64,000 nt of DNA from the NCBI GenBank assembly GCA_963835065.1, contig CAWIEK010000044.1, forward strand, positions 224,001 through 288,000, written 5' to 3'. Made by a program: the position numbers and the translations under genes. This document shows positions 52,154-64,000 of the stretch, piece after piece. Under the pieces are notes generated by a model, which saw only the letters and a list, made by a program, of their open reading frames with translations, was not told where the DNA came from and made no database searches. Source of the stretch: an uncultured Chthonomonadaceae bacterium (GTDB lineage: Bacteria; Armatimonadota; Chthonomonadetes; Chthonomonadales; Chthonomonadaceae). Position 1 is the stretch's first letter. Each line of letters begins with the position of its first letter.

Positions 52154-52506
52154 ACCGCGAACAGATAGGCAAGATTATTGAACTGTTAGAAAGCGCCCGT
52201 AAGCGTCCGGCGATGTACATAGGCGTCGTAAGCGTGGAAGTAGCCGACGCCTGGATGAATGGCTTTCATGCCTGGCTGTGGGCGTTTCATGGCGAATTGC
52301 CGGGATGTAGAGATTTAATTTTAATCCGATACGATGTGCAGACGGAGCGTGGCTGGGATGTGAACAACTCGATTCGAGGGGTTTCGCATCAGATGCAGGA
52401 GCGTGGAGCGGATGATAAAGCAATCGTAGACGAACTGTTCGCCATTGAGGTTGAAACTTGGCAGCGGCTTGCGCACAAAGTGGACGCGGGGGAAGTACAG
52501 TTGTGA
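52150..52506 (+). CDS. Hypothetical protein A1 (RKRPAMYIG motif)
   Basis: AGGAG RBS; paralog of 54048..54398. Confidence 0.8.
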   Translation: MNREQIGKIIELLESARKRPAMYIGVVSVEVADAWMNGFHAWLWAFHGELPGCRDLILIRYDVQTERGWDVNNSIRGVSHQMQERGADDKAIVDELFAIEVETWQRLAHKVDAGEVQL

Positions 52507-52595
52507 CCTACCGGCAAGAAAATATGGTATTCCAAAATTCCGTTGCTATTATGTCTGCCTGCTACACCACTACGGACACGCTGTTTTACGCCTGA
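52503..52595 (+). pseudogene. In-frame internally deleted copy of gene B (30 aa)
   Basis: VTYRQENM|VFQNSVAIMSACYTTTDTLFYA* matches the first 8 and last 22 codons of 54395..54952. Confidence 0.85.
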
Positions 52596-52616
52596 GATTT
52601 TCCGGGAGGCATTCTG

Positions 52617-53147
52617 ATGAACGAGCAAATTGTACACATACAATGGGAAGGTCCATTTTCGTTGACGCAAATTGTTGCTTTCGACGGCAACGCGGATTAC
52701 GGCATTTATCAAATTCACGGCTGTTCTGCAACGTCCGGCATGAAGACACTGTTGTACATCGGCAAAGCGCAACGGCAAACTTTCAGCGTTCGGCTGATGC
52801 AGAGGAATTGGCCTGATTACCAGATGGCACATGGTTCGGTTGAGTTCTATTTGGGCCGCCTATCCGGGGAAACAACGCCCGACAGCGAGACATGGAACCA
52901 ACAAATTCATATTGTGGAACGCCTGCTTATCACGGCGCACAAACCCGGATACAACATGAAAGACATTGCCGCTTTCGACGTTGCCGAGTTTCACCCCCTT
53001 CACATTCTCAACTGGGGCAATCGGGGCGGCTTGCTGCCGGAAGTATCCGGCGCGCGGTGGAGTTCGCGCTTTGCCGTCATTCCCGATTATGCCCCATTCG
53101 GCAGCCACAACGCCACGAGTGAGGAAGATACTAAGGATGAAGGCTGA
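52617..53147 (+). CDS. GIY-YIG-like nuclease
   Basis: YGIYQI...LLYIGKA, RL, ERLLI...P.YN. Confidence 0.75.
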   Translation: MNEQIVHIQWEGPFSLTQIVAFDGNADYGIYQIHGCSATSGMKTLLYIGKAQRQTFSVRLMQRNWPDYQMAHGSVEFYLGRLSGETTPDSETWNQQIHIVERLLITAHKPGYNMKDIAAFDVAEFHPLHILNWGNRGGLLPEVSGARWSSRFAVIPDYAPFGSHNATSEEDTKDEG

Positions 53148-54051
53148 AAATGTCCCTGTAGATAGTAATGCGCGTGTCCATTGTTACGAACATCCACATG
53201 GACGGCTTTGTTGTGGCGATAGTGTTGCGTGGCTGGCTTCGCTAGACGCGGGTATTGCCGATCTGGTATTTGCCGACCCGCCGTACAATGTGAACAAAGC
53301 GGAATGGGATGATTTCGAGAGTCAGGAAGCGTATATCGCGTGGTCTGTGACGTGGATTGAGCAGGCGGCACGGGTGTTGAAGCCGACAGGCTCGCTGTAC
53401 ATTTGCGGGTATTCGGAGATTCTCGCGGATTTGAAACATCCGGCGTCTCGTTTTTTCAAGTCGTGCCGATGGATTGTCTGGCATTACAAAAACAAGGCAA
53501 ATTTGGGGCAGGATTGGGGGCGTTCGCACGAAAGCATTCTGCATCTGCGCAAGGCCGCGCAGGTTCGGCTGAACGTTGACGATATTCGCATTCCTTACGG
53601 CGCGCATACACTCAAATATCCGTCGCATCCGCAGGCGGCAGCCAGTCAGTACGGCAATGGCGCGGGGCGCGACAACTGGACGCCGCATCCAATGGGCGCA
53701 AAGCCCAAAGATGTACTTGATATTCCGACAACCTGCAACGGCATGGGCGAAAAAACGCCGCATCCCACGCAAAAGCCGGAAGAACTGGTACGTAAATTCG
53801 TCCTCGCCTCCTCACAATCCGGCGATCTCATCATTGACCCTTTTTCCGGTTCCGGCACAACACTGGTTGTTGCGGAACAATTGGGGCGGCGCTGGCTTGG
53901 CTGCGATCTCAATGCGCAGTACAATGCGTGGGCCATACAGCGCATCGAAAATGTACGGCAAATGACGGTTGCCGAATGGATCGAGTATGACCGCAAAACC
54001 GCCGAACGACGAGAGGGTATTCGCACACAGTTACAGGAGGCCGCAGCATGA
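53137..54051 (+). CDS. N4/N6 DNA methyltransferase (beta class)
   Basis: FADPPYN precedes HPTQKP and DPFSGSGTT. Confidence 0.93.
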   Translation: MKAENVPVDSNARVHCYEHPHGRLCCGDSVAWLASLDAGIADLVFADPPYNVNKAEWDDFESQEAYIAWSVTWIEQAARVLKPTGSLYICGYSEILADLKHPASRFFKSCRWIVWHYKNKANLGQDWGRSHESILHLRKAAQVRLNVDDIRIPYGAHTLKYPSHPQAAASQYGNGAGRDNWTPHPMGAKPKDVLDIPTTCNGMGEKTPHPTQKPEELVRKFVLASSQSGDLIIDPFSGSGTTLVVAEQLGRRWLGCDLNAQYNAWAIQRIENVRQMTVAEWIEYDRKTAERREGIRTQLQEAAA

Positions 54052-54398
54052 ACCGCGAAAACATAGATAAAATCATCGAACTTCTGGAAAGCGTTTCCAA
54101 GCGACCGGCGATGTTCATGGGGGCTGTCAATGGCGAACTGGCGCGAACTTGGATCTACGCCTTTTATGATGGCCTTCAGATTATGGACACGGGCGACCCT
54201 TTCAGGTTCGGTCACGAGTTTCGTAACCGAATCAAAAAAGAACATGGCTGGAATACAGAAGGCGCTTACGATGTTCTGTGGCAGATGAAGCAAAAAGGCG
54301 CAGATGAGAAAACCATTGTGGAAGAGCTGTTTGCCATGGAAATTGAGGTTTGCAGGTATCTGGCACAGCAACTGGACGCGCAGGAAATAAGCCAATGA
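54048..54398 (+). CDS. Hypothetical protein A2
   Basis: ATGA overlap with the methyltransferase; paralog of A1. Confidence 0.8.
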   Translation: MNRENIDKIIELLESVSKRPAMFMGAVNGELARTWIYAFYDGLQIMDTGDPFRFGHEFRNRIKKEHGWNTEGAYDVLWQMKQKGADEKTIVEELFAMEIEVCRYLAQQLDAQEISQ

Positions 54399-54952
54399 CC
54401 TACCGGCTGGAGGATATGCTCAACGATTGCACCGTAATCCGCGCGATGTTTGAGACATTCGACCTGTTTCGCGCTGATGATCCCATCCGCGTGGAAATGC
54501 AAGAGATTATCAACGACGCCCGCGCCAACATGCGCCGCCGTTGCGCCGAGCTGCGCGGCGATATTGCCAATCTGAGGGTGATTGACCGGCCATTGGACAT
54601 TCACAAGTTTGGGCAGGAGTTGCGAACGCTGCTGTTGATTGGCTATCCGCGCCGCCGCATGGATTCCTGCATGAAGCTCAACGTATTCCAATCCGTAGCA
54701 CAAGCGGAAGCAGGCGCAAACGAGCCTGACCCACTCTACCGCTATGACCTGTTACCGCCGCTCACCGTTTCTGCCGTAAATGCCATGAGCGCAGAACAAC
54801 TGGCAACTACGCTCTTCGATGACCTGCTGCAAAGCATCGAAACGGAGGAGCATTACGCCGACAAACACGCTTTTGACCGCAGCGTATTTCAAAAGTACGT
54901 TTCTATCATGTTTGCCTGCTACGCCACTACGGACCCGCTGTTTTACGCCTGA
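54395..54952 (+). CDS. Hypothetical protein B
   Basis: ATGA overlap with A2; both ends conserved in the deleted copy. Confidence 0.75.
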   Translation: MTYRLEDMLNDCTVIRAMFETFDLFRADDPIRVEMQEIINDARANMRRRCAELRGDIANLRVIDRPLDIHKFGQELRTLLLIGYPRRRMDSCMKLNVFQSVAQAEAGANEPDPLYRYDLLPPLTVSAVNAMSAEQLATTLFDDLLQSIETEEHYADKHAFDRSVFQKYVSIMFACYATTDPLFYA

Positions 54953-54973
54953 GTTTTTCTCCGGCCCCGGTAC

Positions 54974-55888
54974 TCAGGGACGCGCCGATTTGTCCGCAAC
55001 AGTCTGGTTTTGAGATGCGGACGTGTCAACAAAGTTTACTGTCGCCTGGCTGTGGTTCTTCACGTAAAGCAGTTTCCCGGTGATGTCGGTTCCGTCGCTG
55101 AGTTTGCCGGACAGCGTGTACAGGCTGTACCCGCTCAGAGTGTTCGCGTCTTTTACCGTTTTGTTCAAGCCCGTGCCGTACAGATTGAGCGTACTGCTGT
55201 CATTAGCTTTCAGGCTGCCGGCAATATGGCCGCCGCGAAGGTTGACCACGCTGCGGTCACTGGCAGTCAGGCAGGGACCGTATTTGTTGAAGGCAGTCTG
55301 GCGGTTGTCAATCCGGCCACCCGTAACCGTGAGAGTGCTGTAGCCGGCAGCGTCCAGTTCCATCATTTCGCCGCCGCTAACCGTGACCGTGCTGTGGTCA
55401 TAAGCATACACCGCGCCGGAAACTTGATGGACGCCAATGCTGCCACCTTTGACCGTCACCGTACTGTGATCCGAGGCGGACAAAATTTCAAATGTGCCGC
55501 CGCTGACTGTGACCGAGCTGCTGTCGTAGGCATCCAGCCGGCCTGAGCCATAATCATAGAACTCTATACCGCCAACACTGTGCCCGCCGATGTTGCCGCC
55601 GCTGACTGTCACCCGGCTCTTGTTATAAACGTTCAGGAAGCCACTGATATTGCCGCCGTCCACAAGGGAGACAGTCGGGCTTGTGGGGCGCGTTTTGTTG
55701 TCGAAATCACTCTTATCGGCGTAGCCAATGATGGCGGTATTGCGCACCGCGAACTTGATGGCGGCGTTGTTGGGAAGAAAAATCATCTGGCTTGCAGAGG
55801 CAACTTCCTGCGCCCTGGCTGCGTGTGCCGGTCCGAACAGGCAAAGCGCGGCAGGTAAAACTGCCTTTCGATAAGCAAAGCGGGGCAT
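54974..55888 (-). CDS. Secreted beta-helix-like repeat protein
   Basis: Signal peptide ending ARA; repeated S.VTVSGG units; LSGKLSDGT; no PEP-CTERM tail. Confidence 0.7.
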   Translation of the reverse strand: MPRFAYRKAVLPAALCLFGPAHAARAQEVASASQMIFLPNNAAIKFAVRNTAIIGYADKSDFDNKTRPTSPTVSLVDGGNISGFLNVYNKSRVTVSGGNIGGHSVGGIEFYDYGSGRLDAYDSSSVTVSGGTFEILSASDHSTVTVKGGSIGVHQVSGAVYAYDHSTVTVSGGEMMELDAAGYSTLTVTGGRIDNRQTAFNKYGPCLTASDRSVVNLRGGHIAGSLKANDSSTLNLYGTGLNKTVKDANTLSGYSLYTLSGKLSDGTDITGKLLYVKNHSQATVNFVDTSASQNQTVADKSARP

Positions 55889-55956
55889 AAGCGCGTATCC
55901 TTTCAATCCAATGAGCAGGCCGGGTATTGAAAATACCCGTCTGAATGGCGTTCCGC

Positions 55957-56015
55957 GTAGGGACATAACATGTTATGTCCGGGGTGCAGAGGACATAACA
56001 TGTTATGTCCCTACG
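55957..56015. repeat. REPIN-like doublet of GTAG REP palindromes
   Basis: GTAGGGACATAACATGTTATGTCC-N10-GGACATAACATGTTATGTCCCTAC. Confidence 0.85.
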
Positions 56016-56140
56016 GACGCGATTCATTTACATAAGGGCATTTACGTCCGTAGGACGTTCAGCCGTAGGCTACTCAGACGGTGGTTTTTAACCACTGGAG
56101 AAATAGTTGTGAAATCGAAAATCGAAAATCGAAAATCCAA

Positions 56141-57331
56141 TCAGGCTTTGAGCAGAATGGATTCCTTTTGGAAGGCGTGGGCGGCGAACAGCACGGCGCA
56201 CAGGGCGTACAGCAGGGACGCCACGCTTGCGCCAATCAGAAACGGCAGGTTAGTTACGCCTTCCAATGCCTGCTTCACGACCATCGCCGCGTTCGCAACC
56301 GGAACCAGCGTCCAATAGAGAGGCGTTTCCGCTTTCAGGAACATCGTGGTCATGGCAAGCACGGTCACAATCAGCAAAATCGGCGCGAGGTACGTTTGCG
56401 CTTCCTTCTGGTTACGCGCAAAGGTAGAAATGGTCAGCAGAATGCCCGCGCCCAATACGGCAAGCGGAATCTGTACCAGCAGCATGGCAAGCACGGCCAT
56501 CGGGTGCAGGGACAAGCCTTCCCGCGTCATCCAACTGAACATCGGCAGCTTCACGTAAAACGGCCACACGAACCCGGCCAGCGACAGCAGGCAGCTTACC
56601 AGCGACACGGACGCGACGGCCAGAAATTTGCCCAAGACGAGATCGCGGCGGGATGCAGGCGACACCAGCAATGTTTCCAGCGTGCCCCGCTCCTTTTCCC
56701 CGGCTACCGAGTCGTTGGCAAGGTACACGCCGCCCATCAGGGTGGAAACGGCCAATACATACGGCAGAAACGTCGCCAGCAGCAGGGTGCTTGCGCTCGA
56801 TCCGCCACTAATCCCTTCCTGCGCCGTAGCGAAAGGCGTCGCAAGTTGCTGCGACAGTCCGTTTTCCATCAGGCGCGACGCGACCAGACGCTTGCCTCGC
56901 TCCTCAAACAGACCTGTCAGCCGCCCCGCGCCCTCCTGCGATGCCTGTGAACCCTTGTCCAGCAGAATCGTCACGCCAACAGGGCGCTGTTCTTTAATCT
57001 GCTGTTCCACGTCGTCGGGCAGCACGGCAGCCGCGCGCACTTTACGGGCGCGGATTTGCGCTTCCGCGTCCGGCCGGTCTGTTTCCACAACGGTCAGGTT
57101 GGGAGCGCCTTTCAGCAGGCCGCGCACGGTCGGCGCTTTGTCAAGATTGACAACGGCAACCGTAATGGTTTCCTTTTGCGCGTCCGTCATCTGCTTACGC
57201 GCCATCGTGCCGACCAGCGCCAGTATCAGCGGCGTAATCAGCAGGGGCGAAATAATCAGCGCGAACCGGGTACGCGCTTCCCGAAACACTTCCCGAAACT
57301 CTTTGCGAAATACTACCTGCCAGGGCTGCAT
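56141..57331 (-). CDS. NatB-like ABC permease
   Basis: VFRKEFREVFR, AGEKERGTLETLL.SP..R..LVLGK, ARN.KEAQ. Confidence 0.88.
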   Translation of the reverse strand: MQPWQVVFRKEFREVFREARTRFALIISPLLITPLILALVGTMARKQMTDAQKETITVAVVNLDKAPTVRGLLKGAPNLTVVETDRPDAEAQIRARKVRAAAVLPDDVEQQIKEQRPVGVTILLDKGSQASQEGAGRLTGLFEERGKRLVASRLMENGLSQQLATPFATAQEGISGGSSASTLLLATFLPYVLAVSTLMGGVYLANDSVAGEKERGTLETLLVSPASRRDLVLGKFLAVASVSLVSCLLSLAGFVWPFYVKLPMFSWMTREGLSLHPMAVLAMLLVQIPLAVLGAGILLTISTFARNQKEAQTYLAPILLIVTVLAMTTMFLKAETPLYWTLVPVANAAMVVKQALEGVTNLPFLIGASVASLLYALCAVLFAAHAFQKESILLKA

Positions 57332-57418
57332 ATTATTCTCCGTAGGGTTCTATGGTTTGAGGGTGTTAGGTGTTGGGCGTTAGGCTGGACTCCCGTACCA
57401 ACATCTAATGCCTGATGC

Positions 57419-58225
57419 CTAATGCCTGACGAATGACGTTTGTTCTTCTCGCGCTGTTGGTTCCTGTGACGCCGCTTCTTCGTCTTCGCCGATAAGACGC
57501 AAAAAGACGGTTTCAAAGGGGGTTGCGAGGTCGGCTCCGACTTGCTGCTGCAACTGTGCCCGCGTTCCTTCGGCGCAGATACGGCCCCGGTACACAACCG
57601 CGATACGGTCGCATAAGGCTTCCACTTCACTCATGATGTGCGTGGAAAATACAACGGTTTTGCCCTCGGCGCGGCAGCGGCGAATGAAGCGAACCACCGT
57701 GCGGGCGGCCATCACGTCCAGGCCACTGGTCGGCTCATCGAAAAATAGGACGGGAGGCTCGTGCAGCACGGAGCGGGCGATGGAAACGCGCTGACGCTGC
57801 CCGGTAGAGAGTTTGTCGCACCTTCGATCCGCAAATTCGCCGATTTCCAGCGTGTCCATCAGGTCGGCAATGCGCCGGGCGCGCGTTTCGGCGGACAGTT
57901 GGTACAGGTCGGCAAAATAATTGAGCAGTTCACGGGCGGTCAGCCGCTCGTACAATCCGGCGGAACCCGTCAGGTAGCCGATGTTGGCGCGCACCTGCGC
58001 GGCCTGCCGCGCAATGTCATAGCCCATGATACGCGCCGTGCCGGTTGTCGGCGTTAAAATCGTCGCCAGCATCCGTATCAGCGTGGTCTTGCCCGCCCCG
58101 TTCGGCCCCAGCAATCCGAATATCTCGCCCGGACGCGCCGTAAACGATACGTCCTCGACCGCCTTTACCTGCGTTTTGGTTTTGGCGTCCACAAACACTT
58201 TCCCAAGCGATTCCGCTTCAATCAT
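57419..58225 (-). CDS. NatA-like ABC ATP-binding protein
   Basis: GPNGAGKTT, LSTGQRQR, FDEPTSGLD, STH. Confidence 0.9.
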   Translation of the reverse strand: MIEAESLGKVFVDAKTKTQVKAVEDVSFTARPGEIFGLLGPNGAGKTTLIRMLATILTPTTGTARIMGYDIARQAAQVRANIGYLTGSAGLYERLTARELLNYFADLYQLSAETRARRIADLMDTLEIGEFADRRCDKLSTGQRQRVSIARSVLHEPPVLFFDEPTSGLDVMAARTVVRFIRRCRAEGKTVVFSTHIMSEVEALCDRIAVVYRGRICAEGTRAQLQQQVGADLATPFETVFLRLIGEDEEAASQEPTAREEQTSFVRH

Positions 58226-58569
58226 ATCCGCGCTTATCCTTTGCCGCTTTGTTTCCAAAGACGGGAATGTCGCTCTGTCTTGTCATTATCAGCCTGTAGC
58301 TTACAATATCAACAGGAAAAGAGTCAATCAGGTTTCACGAATTGAGGCAGAGACTGAAAATCCCGGCGTTCCGGCGAATGTTTTCAACCCCCGGCGCAAG
58401 GAAATGTCATTAATTTGAAACGCGCCTGAAATTTGTTGCAGGAAGGCGCGTTACATTTGCCGAAATCGCGGATTGCAGCACGAACGTCAAATATATTTGT
58501 AAATAGAACTTCGGTAAGAACGCGGCGTTGTTGAAAACATGCGGGACGCAGGAAGGAGAGTACGCGGCG

Positions 58570-62451
<3,882 letters not shown>

Positions 62452-62502
62452 CTTTCACGAAAGGAGCGGAGTGAGGCCGGAACTCGGAACGCAAAAAAGT
62501 AT

Positions 62503-62556
62503 GAATTCTTTCGGAAGGATTACGAATTCTTTCGACTTGTAAGGAGTTTGTAAGGA
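62503..62556 (+). promoter_or_regulatory. Direct-repeat operator candidates
   Basis: GAATTCTTTCG x2 (21-bp period) and TTGTAAGGA x2 (11-bp period). Confidence 0.55.
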
Positions 62557-62727
62557 CTTGGTTGGTAAGATACTATTCGAGGGCGCAATTATGCGCTCTG
62601 CGACAACTATAACTTGCTGTACTCAGCCAATGCTAGGGCTGTATGGCAGTGGAACTGTGTCCACAATGGCATTGCCATGCAAATTTGAGGAGGTTTGCAG
62701 GCAGGAAACATTGTGAGAGGAACAATC

Positions 62728-63435
62728 ATGCTGGCGCAACGAAACCGTGCTGCCGTTGTTTTCCTGTTTACAGCTGTTTTTGCTCTGGCCGGTCTGGGTG
62801 TGTGGAGTCAGAGCAAAAACAGTTCCCCCCCGCCGGGTCCCATACCGAAACTACCCCCATCGGATTGCTCGACGGGCGGGATCTGTATTAAAGGCGAACT
62901 CCTGCCTTCCAGCACCCTGCCGGAATGGGACACTCTCGCGGCGCATGTCCGGCCGGGCGCCCCTTATACGGTGACAGTGCTGCGGGGACCGAACGTGGCC
63001 GTGCAGGGGAGAGGACCTGCCAACGCGACGAAAATGGTCACTGTCGCCATTTATGAGCTGAATGTCGGGGCCGCCGCCAAAGCCGCCATGCGCAGGCTGC
63101 CGAGAACAGGAACCGCTCAGGCAATGTTCTTGTCAAGTCCGCAGTCGGAATCGAAAGACCGGGCGCAGCCCATTAAGTTCCAGCGGGATGACAAACTGCA
63201 GCAGATGCCGCCGACTTTGGAAGCCGCCAATACCGCGCGGCTGTCAGCGCGGCAGTTGGGGATGAGCGATCATCGTCAACAAATCGCGTTCGAGTTGGGT
63301 GACAGGCCGCAGGAAGTCACGCTGACCTTTGCCCCGGCGACCGTCGGCGCTCATTTCTACGTCGCGGTGGTGTCCGGTAAGAATAACATTGGCAGGAATG
63401 TGCAGACGACCGGCATGTTCATTGTCGAGAAGTAG
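62728..63435 (+). CDS. Secreted or membrane-anchored hypothetical protein
   Basis: GAGG RBS, hydrophobic N-terminus, followed by a terminator. Confidence 0.7.
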   Translation: MLAQRNRAAVVFLFTAVFALAGLGVWSQSKNSSPPPGPIPKLPPSDCSTGGICIKGELLPSSTLPEWDTLAAHVRPGAPYTVTVLRGPNVAVQGRGPANATKMVTVAIYELNVGAAAKAAMRRLPRTGTAQAMFLSSPQSESKDRAQPIKFQRDDKLQQMPPTLEAANTARLSARQLGMSDHRQQIAFELGDRPQEVTLTFAPATVGAHFYVAVVSGKNNIGRNVQTTGMFIVEK

Positions 63436-63463
63436 ATTTGTCCTGTGTCTCTGCCTGAAGCAG

Positions 63464-63496
63464 AAACGAGGAGCGGAAATTCCGCTCCTCGTTTTT
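63464..63496 (+). terminator. Intrinsic terminator
   Basis: AAACGAGGAGCGGA-AAT-TCCGCTCCTCGTTTTTT. Confidence 0.85.
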
Positions 63497-63646
63497 TCTT
63501 TGGCTATTTTTTGCCATTTTTTCAAAATGGAGGGCTTGTTAGGAGATTGTTAAGAGTGGTTTTGTAGACTGGAGACATGCGCGCTGATCCTTCGGCGCAC
63601 AGACGGACACAAGCAACTCGGCACAGAAAAGGTAAGAGGAAACCCA

Positions 63647-64000
63647 ATGATTACGAATCGACGACGCGCGTTGCAGATGGCTGCAGCCGGCCTGCTGGCC
63701 GGTATGGGCGTAACCACCCGCGGCTTCGCCCAGAACATTCCCGGCCCAAACGTGAGTTACACACAGCGCGAACGACTCGCCGCGCCTGCCATAAGAGCCA
63801 GGCTGCAAGCCCTCCGCGCGTACCTGAAAGCGCAGAACCTGAACTTCGGCGTGGGCTACACCACAGCCCTGGATCGTCCGCTGTCGCTGTTGGCGGCTGC
63901 GCGCGCTCCCAAAGACATTGCGGCGCAGGCCACCCGGCAGGCGCAGATCAGCAGCCAACTGCTCGCCCTGGACAAGCAGGCGCTGCTGGAGTTCAGCAAA
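63647..64000 (+). CDS. Tat-exported protein, partial; possibly a papain-like C1 peptidase propeptide
   Basis: Manual translation MITNRRRALQMAAAGLLAG...NFGVGYTTALDRPLSLLA; open to the window edge; catalytic domain not visible. Confidence 0.55.
   Translation, partial: MITNRRRALQMAAAGLLAGMGVTTRGFAQNIPGPNVSYTQRERLAAPAIRARLQALRAYLKAQNLNFGVGYTTALDRPLSLLAAARAPKDIAAQATRQAQISSQLLALDKQALLEFSK

Overview
GC-rich bacterial chromosome segment. A diderm such as Armatimonadota is inferred from gene content: exosortase/PEP-CTERM-type locus, TolC, DUF1501, Uma2 and cyclase-STAND regulators. Housekeeping and accessory genes include an orphan cheB-cheR-PAS kinase cluster, ugd, motAB, ruvC, an EmrAB-TolC-type pump, cinA, natAB-like and other ABC transporters, a GH18 hydrolase and an S41 peptidase. 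At least seven otherwise intact genes carry single-base frameshifts, most likely assembly errors. No rRNA, tRNA or CRISPR array was recognised. Five observations stand out. (1) Downstream of cinA, a [methyltransferase-A-B] module occurs twice around a GIY-YIG nuclease. In the first copy only gene A survives, flanked by a 63-bp methyltransferase tail and an in-frame mini-B. (2) Similar duplication and deletion scars lie at 565-2173: a chimeric pseudogene and an HNH cassette bracketed by a 66-bp copy of a gene 3' end. (3) Heptamer and nonamer repeat hairpins sit at stop codons and inside reading frames. (4) Cyclase-STAND sensors lie next to exported cysteine proteases, including a CHAT protease with shuffled 120-bp repeats. 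(5) A 296-bp internally deleted IS retains its inverted repeats and target duplication.
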